Shown here: positions 47,429 through 56,543 of the stretch, in pieces
How positions within the stretch are numbered: position 1 is the first letter of the stretch
How the letters are laid out: every line of letters begins with the position of its first letter
Source: an uncultured Acidobacteriota bacterium
Lineage (GTDB): Bacteria > Acidobacteriota > Vicinamibacteria > Vicinamibacterales > UBA8438
DNA: 64,000 bases
Assembly: GCA_913043225.1 (NCBI GenBank)
Contig: CAJWLU010000001.1
Span: forward strand, 64,001 to 128,000
Direction: 5' to 3'
The notes under the pieces: generated by a model
The model's database searches: none
What the model saw: only the letters and a program-made list of their open reading frames with translations
Told to the model about the DNA's origin: nothing
Position numbers and translations under genes: made by a program

Positions 47429-48751
47429 TCAGTCGTCGTCGCTCGTCCGGCGCGCGCGCCGGTCGGCGACGATGGCGTCGTAGTCCTCTTCGGTCAGATA
47501 CGTCATGTTCACATGCGCGTGATACATGTCGTCGTAGCTCCGCTGCCCCCACCCGACCCACTGGGTCGGATCCGGGTTCGCACGATTGGCCGCCGTGTTG
47601 TCATGTACCGCGGTCAAGTGAATGATCGTACCGGCGGGCAGGACGGGCGCAGAATCGTCCGTGTAGACGTAGTTCACGTGCCAGTTGAAGTCGAAGTTTC
47701 CGACGTGGTTCAGCATCTCGACGCGGCCATCTGGATAGATCGCTTCCATTGACATCGACTTGCCCCGTACGTGCATGTGCGGCTGGTAGTTCTCGAGACG
47801 CGCCGGCAGGGTCAGCGGCACATAGGCATGGTGCGTCGTCACCTTCCCGGGCGGGATGTCCAGCGTCGCCATCGACTGCTGCACGCCGAGCGCGCGCCCG
47901 AAGACGCGATACTTCGGCACATAGCCTTTTTCGTGTAGCCAGATTCCCACCTCGGTGTAGCTTGTGAGCTCCTCGCCCACCGAATGGTAGTGGTTGTCGA
48001 ACGCGATGCGGGAATCCGCCTTCAGCAGCTTACCGGTGTTCTCGCGGAACACGTCCCCGATCTTGCCGACTGCGAACTCGGTCAGATAGCTGCCACGTCC
48101 CGGCACGTCCACGGCCGGCGTGTGATCACCGGCCTGCTCCTCCTGCTGGAGATACACCACCGAGTGATGGGTGACCCGTCGTCCGCCACCCATCGACGGT
48201 CGCACCTCCATCCCCGTGATCCAGCGGTCTTCAGTCAACCCAGTCGGTACGACCGGCTGCCACCACTGGTCCTGGCCTTCGGCTGCCTGGGTCCAAGGGT
48301 CGGAGGCCACGACCAAATCCGGCTCCCGGCCATACCGCTCCGCGAGCCGCCACACATCCTCAGCCGGCCAATTCACCGGCGGGGGAGCGTCGGCCGCGTT
48401 TCCCCGGGGCGCGCCGGCGTCGACCCAGCGCGCGACGATGTCGATCTCGGCGTCGCTCAGCGACGTGTCGTTCTCGAATTGCCGGATGCCGACGGTCTTG
48501 TCGAGGTGCCAGGGAGGCATCACCCGCCCGACCACCTTCTCCCGGACTGCGCGCGCCCAGGGCCTGACGTCCTCATAGGTCACCAGCGACATCGGCCCCA
48601 TCTGCCCGGGCCGGTGACAGCCCTGACAGCTGCGCTGCAGTATGGACTCGACATCGCGCGTGAAGGTGACCTCGGTCTGCGCAGACACACTTACCGCTCC
48701 GAAGAGGGCAAGGGCGGCCGTCATGGCCCCGATTCGTCCGTTGGTCATCAT
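47429..48751 (-). CDS. Cytochrome c-fused copper type II (PHM/DBM-like) monooxygenase
   Basis: AGGAG SD before ATG 48751; signal peptide; CQGCH...MPPW; THH, NHYH, PHMH, DDM copper ligand pattern. Confidence 0.8.
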   Translation of the reverse strand: MMTNGRIGAMTAALALFGAVSVSAQTEVTFTRDVESILQRSCQGCHRPGQMGPMSLVTYEDVRPWARAVREKVVGRVMPPWHLDKTVGIRQFENDTSLSDAEIDIVARWVDAGAPRGNAADAPPPVNWPAEDVWRLAERYGREPDLVVASDPWTQAAEGQDQWWQPVVPTGLTEDRWITGMEVRPSMGGGRRVTHHSVVYLQQEEQAGDHTPAVDVPGRGSYLTEFAVGKIGDVFRENTGKLLKADSRIAFDNHYHSVGEELTSYTEVGIWLHEKGYVPKYRVFGRALGVQQSMATLDIPPGKVTTHHAYVPLTLPARLENYQPHMHVRGKSMSMEAIYPDGRVEMLNHVGNFDFNWHVNYVYTDDSAPVLPAGTIIHLTAVHDNTAANRANPDPTQWVGWGQRSYDDMYHAHVNMTYLTEEDYDAIVADRRARRTSDDD

Positions 48752-48791
48752 CGTCTCCTGGTCTTCTGGCGCCATTTCCGGCGGCAGGTCC

Positions 48792-49634
48792 CTACTGTAC
48801 CGTGACCGGCACGAACCCATTCGTCCAGCAGCAGAAAAATCCTCCGGCCATGATGGCGGCCTGGCCACCCGAATCGTCCCAGGCGAGCACGCGCAGCACA
48901 TACTCTCCAGGCGCATCGAACGTCACCATCGTCTCCGCGCGGGCGTCGGCGCCGACCTCTGGAGTGGTCGACGAGAACGCCACCCCGCCGGGCCCACGGT
49001 ACTTGCTCCACACTAGGCCGAACCGGGGCGGGCGGTCCGCCGAGCGCGCCTTGCGCACCCCATCATCGGAGGCCCAGACGCGAATCGGCGTCGGCACCCC
49101 GGTCTCGGCGGTCACGCGGTCAGCGCGCACGCCGAACGGTCCCTGTCCAGCGGCACCGTCGGCACCCTGGAACCGGACGACCGGGGGCGTATTCCCGCTC
49201 GTTACCTCTTCGAGCGCCGTGATCTCCCAGCCGGGCTCCAAGTGCCCGGGAATCACGATTGTCTCACCGTACGACGTCAAGCTCCAGATCAGCCGGGCCT
49301 CACCGAAATCGGCCGGCACCGTCACCCCAAAGACCCCGGTATGGCGGCGCGGCAGGAAGTGCGTCGGCTGCCCCCGATCCGTCGGACCCGGCTCAAACCG
49401 GTTCTCCGGACCGACCGGAATCGTCAACTCTTCTTGGTAGTTCCGATTGAAGTAGCCGAAAACCAGCGTTCGTGTCCCATCGGTATTGCGGTACCACCCT
49501 TCGTACGAGGCGGTGACGCTCTGACCGCGCTCATGCGGTATCGGTGCGCCCAGACGGATGTCCTGTCCCAGACTCGGCTGGACGACCAGGAGCGACAGAC
49601 ACAGTCCGACGCCTCCACAAAATACTCGCTGCAC
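48792..49634 (-). CDS. Exported hypothetical protein with Ig/PKD-like C-terminus and vicinal Cys-Cys
   Basis: YEGWYRN..G...LVFGYFNRN; WSKYRGPG; FFCCWTN; start moved to GTG 49634, which gives a signal peptide. Confidence 0.7.
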   Translation of the reverse strand: MQRVFCGGVGLCLSLLVVQPSLGQDIRLGAPIPHERGQSVTASYEGWYRNTDGTRTLVFGYFNRNYQEELTIPVGPENRFEPGPTDRGQPTHFLPRRHTGVFGVTVPADFGEARLIWSLTSYGETIVIPGHLEPGWEITALEEVTSGNTPPVVRFQGADGAAGQGPFGVRADRVTAETGVPTPIRVWASDDGVRKARSADRPPRFGLVWSKYRGPGGVAFSSTTPEVGADARAETMVTFDAPGEYVLRVLAWDDSGGQAAIMAGGFFCCWTNGFVPVTVQ

Positions 49635-49763
49635 GATGCCGTGATCATGAAGAACCCACCTGCAGGTGTCAACGGCCCCAACCACACAACCGTACAGAGA
49701 AAGAGGGCCGGAGTGCGTCGAGCACTCCTGCCCTCTGCGTACTAAGTGGTCCAGCAAGGAGAC

Positions 49764-50093
49764 CTAGACCATATCCTTCAGCTTCTTCAGTGGAAGGACC
49801 TTAACTCGCGTCGACGCGGGCTTGGCAGCCACGTCCATGAGTTCGCCTGGACGGAACGGGTTCGGGACATTCTTCCGCGCCTTCTGTGCCGGCTTTCGGA
49901 CGGTCTTGATCTTCATCAGGCCAGGCACGGTGCAGATCCCGACCGCTCCCTTAGCCACATGACGACCGATGACCCCTTCGAGCGCCTCGAATACCGAGGC
50001 CACCTGCTTCTTCGACAGATCGGTAGACTCGGCGATGTTCGCCAGCATCTGGGTCTTCGTCATCGCCGCCTTAAGCTTCGTGCTTCTCGCCAA
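49764..50093 (-). CDS. HU-family DNA-binding protein
   Basis: MTKTQMLANIAE, LSKKQV, NPFRPGE arm, LKKLKDMV; TTG start. Confidence 0.9.
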   Translation of the reverse strand: MARSTKLKAAMTKTQMLANIAESTDLSKKQVASVFEALEGVIGRHVAKGAVGICTVPGLMKIKTVRKPAQKARKNVPNPFRPGELMDVAAKPASTRVKVLPLKKLKDMV

Positions 50094-50297
50094 TCTCGCC
50101 TCCCGGGTAATGCGTGAACGAACCGATAACGTCCGAGTATGTTACCTGTATTACACAGTTTTTCCACGCGCAGATTGAATATCTCCGGCTGTACCGCCTA
50201 GACCGGTCCCTGTCGAGGTTGGCCACCACCCCAGAGGTTCTCGCCTGGGGGCGTCTTGATCAACACTGTTGGGCGCAACGACAATCACCGACGACCC

Positions 50298-51902
50298 ATG
50301 CCCAAGACCCAGTCTCCGACCGACACCGCTCCAGCCCGCACCACGATCTCGGGTCACCCGATCGAAGAACGCTATACGGCCCAGGACGTCGCCGACACGC
50401 CACCCCCCTCCCCACCAGGCACGTTCCCCTACACGCGCGGTATCCACGCTAGCGGGTATGGCGGAAAACTCTGGACCATGCGTCAGTTCTCGGGATTCGG
50501 CTCTCCGGCCGACACCAACGCGCGCTACAAGCAGCTTCTAGCCGCAGGGGGGACCGGGCTGAGCGTCGCCTTCGATCTGCCGACGCTGATGGGTCGCGAT
50601 CCGGACCACCCGCTGTCGCGAGGCGAAGTCGGGAAGTGCGGGGTCAGCGTCGCGTCGCTCGCCGACATGGAGCGGCTGTTCGCCGACATCCGGCTGGACG
50701 AGGTCACCACTTCGATGACCATCAACTCGCCGGCCGCCATGATCTTCGCGATGTATCTGGTCGTGGCCGAGCGGCAAGGCGCCGGCTGGGCGACGCTTTC
50801 GGGCACGCTCCAGAACGACATCCTCAAGGAGTACATAGCGCAAAAGGAGTTCATCTATCCGCCCAAACCGTCGATGCGCCTGGTCACCGACACGTTCGCC
50901 TTCTGCGCCGACGAAACTCCCCAGTGGAACACGATCTCGGTGAGCGGCTATCACATTCGCGAAGCGGGAGCCACGGCGCTCCAGGAGCTGGCTTTCACGT
51001 TGCGCGACGGCGTCGAATATGTGCAGTACGCGATTGACGCCGGATTGGAGGTGGACCGCATTGTTCCCCGGATGTCGTTCTTCTTCAACGCACACAGTGA
51101 CTTCTTTGAGGAAATCGCCAAGTATCGCGCCGCGCGCACGCTCTGGGCGACGACCATGCGCGATCGTTTCGGCGCGACACGCGAACGGACCTGGAAGCTA
51201 CGCTTCCACACGCAAACGGCAGGCGTCTCGCTGACGGCGCAGCAGCCCTACAACAACGTCATCCGGACCGCGATCCAGGCACTGGGTGCGGTGCTCGGCG
51301 GAACGAACTCGCTCCACACCAACTCCCTCGACGAAGCGCTCTCGCTCCCGACGAGCGAGGCGGCGTTGCTCGCCCTCCGGACCCAGCAGGTCATCGCGTA
51401 CGAGAGCGGCGTTGCCGACCACGTCGACCCGTTCGCCGGCTCGTACTTCCTCGAGAGTATGACTCGCGATCTCACGCAGGGCGCTCGAGACTACTTCCAG
51501 CAAATCGACGACATGGGAGGAATGGTCTCCGCGATCGAGCAAGGATTCCCGCAACGCGAGATCGCCGAAAGTGCGTATCGGTTTCAGCAAGAAGTAGAGA
51601 CGGGCGCTCGTTGGATGGTCGGCGTGAATCAGCATCTCGACGAGGCACGCCCCGAGGTTGAGACGCTGTACATCGACGAGGCGATCTCGGACCGACAGTG
51701 CACGCAGTTGGACGAGCTACGTGCCCAACGCGACACCACCGAGGTGACCCGCACCCTCGATCGGCTCCGAGACACCGCCCGTGGAACCGACAACCTCATG
51801 CCGTCGCTCCTCGACGCCGTGCGAGCGTACGCCACCCTGGGAGAGATGTGCGACGCCTTGCGGGACGTGTGGGGAGAGTACGAAGAACCAGCGTCGCTGT
51901 AG
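50298..51902 (+). CDS. icmA: Acyl-CoA mutase large subunit with isobutyryl-CoA mutase signature
   Basis: [44 protein letters not shown]; no B12-binding domain; start moved to ATG 50298. Confidence 0.75.
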   Translation: MPKTQSPTDTAPARTTISGHPIEERYTAQDVADTPPPSPPGTFPYTRGIHASGYGGKLWTMRQFSGFGSPADTNARYKQLLAAGGTGLSVAFDLPTLMGRDPDHPLSRGEVGKCGVSVASLADMERLFADIRLDEVTTSMTINSPAAMIFAMYLVVAERQGAGWATLSGTLQNDILKEYIAQKEFIYPPKPSMRLVTDTFAFCADETPQWNTISVSGYHIREAGATALQELAFTLRDGVEYVQYAIDAGLEVDRIVPRMSFFFNAHSDFFEEIAKYRAARTLWATTMRDRFGATRERTWKLRFHTQTAGVSLTAQQPYNNVIRTAIQALGAVLGGTNSLHTNSLDEALSLPTSEAALLALRTQQVIAYESGVADHVDPFAGSYFLESMTRDLTQGARDYFQQIDDMGGMVSAIEQGFPQREIAESAYRFQQEVETGARWMVGVNQHLDEARPEVETLYIDEAISDRQCTQLDELRAQRDTTEVTRTLDRLRDTARGTDNLMPSLLDAVRAYATLGEMCDALRDVWGEYEEPASL

Positions 51903-51915
51903 GACTCATCCCACC

Positions 51916-53088
51916 ATGACCAACCCCGGCTCCCTAGCTCGCCCGCTGACCACTCTCTCCGACGAAGAGCAGCTCTTTCGCGACAGCGTGCGTGACTTCG
52001 CCCGCGCGGAGATCGGTCCGCTGGTCCGCGAGATGGACGACCGGGCCGAGATTCCCGAGGCGCTCATCTCCCAGCTGTTCGAGCTCGGCGTGATGGCCAT
52101 CGAGATCCCCGAGCGATTCGGAGGTGCGGGCGCCGGTTTCTTTCTCTCTATCCTCGCCGTCGAAGAGCTATCGCGCGTCGACCCTTCGATCGCGGTGCTG
52201 GTTGACGTCCAGAACACGCTGGTCGTAAACGCGGTCCTGAAGTGGGGCTCCCCTGGCGTTCAGCAACGGTTCCTCCCCGCACTCGCAAGCGATACGGTCG
52301 GTGCCTACGCGCTCTCCGAAGCCGGGTCTGGCAGCGATGCGTTCGCGCTAACGACCCGCGCCGTGCAGGACGGTGATGACTACGTGCTCACGGGCCGGAA
52401 GCTCTGGATCACCAATGGACGCGAGGCTGGCCTGTTCATCGTAATGGCCACCGTGGACCCAAGCGCCGGACACCGCGGCATCACAGCATTCGTGGTGGAA
52501 GGCGACCGGCCCGGACTGACCATCGGCAAGAAGGAGGATAAGCTCGGCATCCGGGCATCGAGCACCTGTGAGGTGCTCCTCGACGAGTGCCGGATCCCGG
52601 GCGCCAACCTTCTCGGAGAAATCGGACGTGGCTACAAGGTGGCGATCGAGACGTTGAACGAAGGACGCATCGGCATCGGCGCCCAGATGGTCGGGCTGGC
52701 ACAGGGCGCGCTGGACCACGCAACGGCGTACGTGCGGGAACGGGAGCAATTCGGACAACCAATCGCCGCGTTCCAGGGAGTGCAGTTCCAGCTGGCGCAA
52801 GCTGCAACCGACCTCGAGATGGCCCGTCTGGGGGTGTACAACGCAGCGCGGTTGCGGGACGCCGGTCAGCCGTTCCTTACCGAGGCGGCGATGGCCAAGC
52901 TCTTCACGTCCCAGATCGCCGAAAGGGTCACCTCACTGGCCGTCCAGCTCTTTGGCGGAGCCGGGTATACCAAGGACTATCCCGTGGAAAAGCTGTATCG
53001 GGACGCGAAGATCGGTCAGATCTACGAGGGCACGTCCAACATGCAGCTACAAACAATCGCGAACCAGGTCATCCGCTCCGGCGGCTGA
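51916..53088 (+). CDS. Short/branched-chain acyl-CoA dehydrogenase
   Basis: ALSEAGSGSD, GRKLWITN, KLGIRAS, REQFGQPI, IYEGTS. Confidence 0.92.
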   Translation: MTNPGSLARPLTTLSDEEQLFRDSVRDFARAEIGPLVREMDDRAEIPEALISQLFELGVMAIEIPERFGGAGAGFFLSILAVEELSRVDPSIAVLVDVQNTLVVNAVLKWGSPGVQQRFLPALASDTVGAYALSEAGSGSDAFALTTRAVQDGDDYVLTGRKLWITNGREAGLFIVMATVDPSAGHRGITAFVVEGDRPGLTIGKKEDKLGIRASSTCEVLLDECRIPGANLLGEIGRGYKVAIETLNEGRIGIGAQMVGLAQGALDHATAYVREREQFGQPIAAFQGVQFQLAQAATDLEMARLGVYNAARLRDAGQPFLTEAAMAKLFTSQIAERVTSLAVQLFGGAGYTKDYPVEKLYRDAKIGQIYEGTSNMQLQTIANQVIRSGG

Positions 53089-53112
53089 TTTGCGCCACCC
53101 GCGCTCGCCTCC

Positions 53113-53709
53113 TCAGGCAGGGGCCTCGTTCCTCCCTCGGCCCCACCGGCGCAATGCGGCGCGCGAGATGACCCCAAAGAAGACGACCATCAGAATAATG
53201 ATCGCGCTGGCCACGGCAAAGGCGGCCGCCGGGAAAGTCAGCGTCAGCACGCCCAGTCCGATCACGAATCCGTCTTCGGCCAAGCTAAGTGCCCAGTTGG
53301 ACACCGGTTCCGGGCTGGCATTAGCGACAGCGCGCGTACCCATCTTGGTTAAATGTGCGCCAGCTGCCACCGACCCTCCGAGCAGACCGATGATCGCTTC
53401 GATGGTCGGGCTGACGTCTTCAAGCGCCGCTACCGCGAGAAAGGCTCCGCCCACGGGCCGGATCACGGTGTGGACCGCGTCCCACGCCGAGTCGACCCAC
53501 GGCACCTTGTCAGCCACGAACTCGACGAGATATAGCGCCAGCGCAAGACCAATCACCAGGTTGTTATCAAAGACGGCAAACTGAGGCGGCAGCTCCATCC
53601 ACCCAAAGCGTGACACCAGACCCAGGATGGCCACGGTGGCGTAGAGATTGACACCCGCCGCCAGCGAGAACCCAAGAGCATGGCCTAGAGTGGCGACCGC
53701 CTGCATCAT
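53113..53709 (-). CDS. DUF4126 membrane protein
   Basis: AGVNLY, EFVADKVPWVDSAWDAVHTVIRP, SPEPVSN..LSLAED. Confidence 0.88.
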   Translation of the reverse strand: MMQAVATLGHALGFSLAAGVNLYATVAILGLVSRFGWMELPPQFAVFDNNLVIGLALALYLVEFVADKVPWVDSAWDAVHTVIRPVGGAFLAVAALEDVSPTIEAIIGLLGGSVAAGAHLTKMGTRAVANASPEPVSNWALSLAEDGFVIGLGVLTLTFPAAAFAVASAIIILMVVFFGVISRAALRRWGRGRNEAPA

Positions 53710-53783
53710 TCGACTGTGTCTATCTTTATGGAGAGTTACGCGCCGAGCAGAACACAGGTTCCGTGAAGACGACGTACGGAATC

Positions 53784-55169
53784 CTACGGGCTGGCCGCTG
53801 AGTGCGACTCGAGGAAGGCAACCACGGCGTCAAATCCGACCGAGCGCGCCTGATCAATTACCGTCAGGCCGAAGAGGTCGGTCGCATCTACGTCGGCCCC
53901 GAGCTCGACCGCGACGCGCACCGTGTCGAGTCGAAGCGACTCCAGCTCCAACCGGTTCGGCGGCTTCCAGGAGCGGAGGCGGCCGCCGCCCATCCCGATC
54001 GCTGCCATGACGGCGGTGGTGGCCTCCTGGCGCGGCTGCGCGTAGCCCGGGTCCTTGTAGTCGGCGTGATGGATCACCCGAGGGTCGGCGCCATGGTCTG
54101 CGAGCAGAAGCATGACATCGGGCGCATTGAACCGGGCGGCCAGCCAGAACGGTGTGGCTCCCACCAGCGGCGGAGCAAAGTGGAGATCACGCGACGAGCG
54201 GCGGGTCGGCGTCCACGTGTTCAGCGTGGCATTCGGATCGGCGCCGTGCTCGAGCAAAGTCCGAACCATCAGTGGATCACGGCGCATGACCGCGGCGTGC
54301 AGGGCAGCAAACCCAGCCTCGGACGCTCCAGCATCAGCGCCAGCCTCCAGCAACAGCGTCACCAGCTCACCGAATCCGGCATGGGCAGCCAGCGTCGTCG
54401 CGCTCACACCCCAGGCATTGGTGTCGTCCGCGTTGGCGCCCGCCGCTAGTAGCAGACGTGCCGAGGCGACATCGCCCCCCCGTGCCGCGAACATCAGCGC
54501 GGTGTTGCCGCCGTGCGGGATCTCGCGGTTGTACTCCGGCTGGCCGTGCGGCGGCACCGCCATCACCTGGCTCCAGACCTCGGACCGCGCATGGAGGTCA
54601 ACGCCGCTGTCGATCAGGACCTGGACGACAGAAGGATGCTGCTGGGCCACCGCCCACATCAGGGCTGTCTGCCCGCGGGTCCCCCGTGCCTCGGGGTTGG
54701 CTCCGGCTCGAAGGAGGAGCTCGACCACCTTGGCCGCACCGCTTCTGGCCGCTACCATGACCGGCGTTTCGCCTGCTAGGAGCGCCAGGTTGGGATCGGC
54801 GCCCGCTTCCAGCAGACGACTCACGGCGTCCGTGCTACCGTTCTCCGACGCCGTCCACAGCGCCGACACGCCGAGATCATTGACGGCATTCGCATCGGCG
54901 CCGCCAGCCAGCAACCGGTCGAGGGTCTCGATCTCGTCGTGATAGCTGACCCAGTGCAGAGCGGTCGCCCCATCAGGTTCGGCCGCGTTGACGTCGGCGC
55001 CAGCGGCGAGGAACGCCCACACCTGCGCCATATCGCCCCCTCGGGCCGCGGCGACCAGCGGTAGCTCTTCGGCGACCAGGCTGACTAACGGCGACATCGC
55101 GCACACGACCCCAATGACAATTCGCGTCGGCCACCGTCGAGTAATCTGCCAGCTCTGACGTACAGACAT
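53784..55169 (-). CDS. Secreted ankyrin repeat protein (paralog of 14481-15950)
   Basis: GATALHW, GETPVMVAA, GQTALMWAV, GNTALMFAA repeats. Confidence 0.92.
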   Translation of the reverse strand: MSVRQSWQITRRWPTRIVIGVVCAMSPLVSLVAEELPLVAAARGGDMAQVWAFLAAGADVNAAEPDGATALHWVSYHDEIETLDRLLAGGADANAVNDLGVSALWTASENGSTDAVSRLLEAGADPNLALLAGETPVMVAARSGAAKVVELLLRAGANPEARGTRGQTALMWAVAQQHPSVVQVLIDSGVDLHARSEVWSQVMAVPPHGQPEYNREIPHGGNTALMFAARGGDVASARLLLAAGANADDTNAWGVSATTLAAHAGFGELVTLLLEAGADAGASEAGFAALHAAVMRRDPLMVRTLLEHGADPNATLNTWTPTRRSSRDLHFAPPLVGATPFWLAARFNAPDVMLLLADHGADPRVIHHADYKDPGYAQPRQEATTAVMAAIGMGGGRLRSWKPPNRLELESLRLDTVRVAVELGADVDATDLFGLTVIDQARSVGFDAVVAFLESHSAASP

Positions 55170-55174
55170 GTCGG

Positions 55175-56515
55175 CTACAGCAGGCCGTCAAGGGTCGAGA
55201 TCGGCAACCGCCCAGTGCTGCCGCCGATCCGCTCCACGGGCACCCGCATCTTGTCCATGAGCGTGACCAGCAGGTTCGCCATCGACGGCTGATCGGTATA
55301 GCGAAGATGGCGCCCGCTCGGCAGCGTGCCGGCTCCGCCGCCGGCCAGCAACAGCGGGAGATCTACTCCCGAGTGCCGGGTGCTGTTCGAAAGGCCTGAA
55401 CCATAGAGGATGGTGATGTGGTCGAGCAGCGACCCGTCACCGTCGGGCGTCGCACGGAGCTTGGTGAGATAGTTCGAAAACAAAGTCGTGTGGTAGCGGT
55501 TGATCTTCGACATGTGCTCGACGAGCTCGGGCACGTCGTTGTGATGCGAGAGCGGATGGTGCGCCTCGGGCACGCCGATCTGCGGATAGGGCCGAGCACT
55601 CTGCTCCTTGCCGACCATGAACGAGATAACTCGGGTCAGATCCGCCCGCATGCCCAGGATCTGCAGGTCAAGCATCAGCTCCAGGTGATCCTCGAACTCG
55701 GGCGGCGCCCCCTGAGGCTGGTCGACGGCCGGGAGCTCCAATCCGGACTGCTCCTCAGCCTTCTGAATCCGACGCTCCACGTCGCGGATGGCCTCAGTGT
55801 ATTCCTCGACCTTCAGCACGTCGCCTGGGCCGAGCTCGCGGCGCAGGGTGGCCAGTTTGTCGGTCACCGAATCGAGCAGGCTCCGCTGCTGGCGTAGCCG
55901 AGCTTCGCGCGCCTCGCGGTCGGTGCTCCCGCTATCGCCGAACAGTGTCTCGAACACGGCGCGTGGATTCCACTCGGTGGGAAGGGGCTGGGTCGGGCTG
56001 CGCCACGACAACGTATGGGTGTAGACGCAGCTCAGATTGCCGGTACAGGCGCCGGCGTTGTTCGGTGGATCGAGCGACAGCTCCAGAGATGGCACCTGGG
56101 TTTCGCCAGCAAAGTGACGCGCTAGAAGCTGGTCCATCGAGACATCGGCCAGGATCTCGATCTCGTTCCGTCCGCCGCGGGTGGTACCGGTGAGGAACGA
56201 CCCGGACGCGCCCGCGTGGATGTAGTTCCAGCTGGCGTTGAGCCCAGACAGCACGACCATCTGGTCCTTGAAGTCGGCCAGTGGCTCGAGGATGGGCGAC
56301 AGCGCGTAGGCGGTCCCCTCCTGCTCGGGTGTCCAGTAATCCATCGCCATGCCGTTGGGGACGTAGAACGCCTGGAAGCGATGCGCGGTCGCCGGCGCAG
56401 CCAGGCCCCGAAGGCCAAAGGCCGGGTGCATGGCGTCGAGTGCCGGCAGGGCGAGACTGGCTCCCAGGCCGCGAAGTACCGTGCGGCGCGGCAACGACTT
56501 GGTCAGGAACGTCAT
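55175..56515 (-). CDS. DUF1552 domain protein
   Basis: RRTVLRGLGASLALP, YVPNG, NPRAVFETLFG, HHPLSHH, DGSLLD. Confidence 0.9.
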   Translation of the reverse strand: MTFLTKSLPRRTVLRGLGASLALPALDAMHPAFGLRGLAAPATAHRFQAFYVPNGMAMDYWTPEQEGTAYALSPILEPLADFKDQMVVLSGLNASWNYIHAGASGSFLTGTTRGGRNEIEILADVSMDQLLARHFAGETQVPSLELSLDPPNNAGACTGNLSCVYTHTLSWRSPTQPLPTEWNPRAVFETLFGDSGSTDREAREARLRQQRSLLDSVTDKLATLRRELGPGDVLKVEEYTEAIRDVERRIQKAEEQSGLELPAVDQPQGAPPEFEDHLELMLDLQILGMRADLTRVISFMVGKEQSARPYPQIGVPEAHHPLSHHNDVPELVEHMSKINRYHTTLFSNYLTKLRATPDGDGSLLDHITILYGSGLSNSTRHSGVDLPLLLAGGGAGTLPSGRHLRYTDQPSMANLLVTLMDKMRVPVERIGGSTGRLPISTLDGLL

Positions 56516-56543
56516 CTAGATCTTCTCCTGTGTCCGTGGGTCG

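Noticed and set aside
50094..50297. Cobalamin riboswitch upstream of the B12-dependent mutase
   Set aside because: No B12-box or conserved core visible; only a simple CCCCAG...CTGGGG hairpin
9587..51902. Functional link between the two B12-dependent proteins (CarH and the mutase)
   Set aside because: They are 40 kb apart with no shared regulatory motif; this shows only that the organism uses cobalamin
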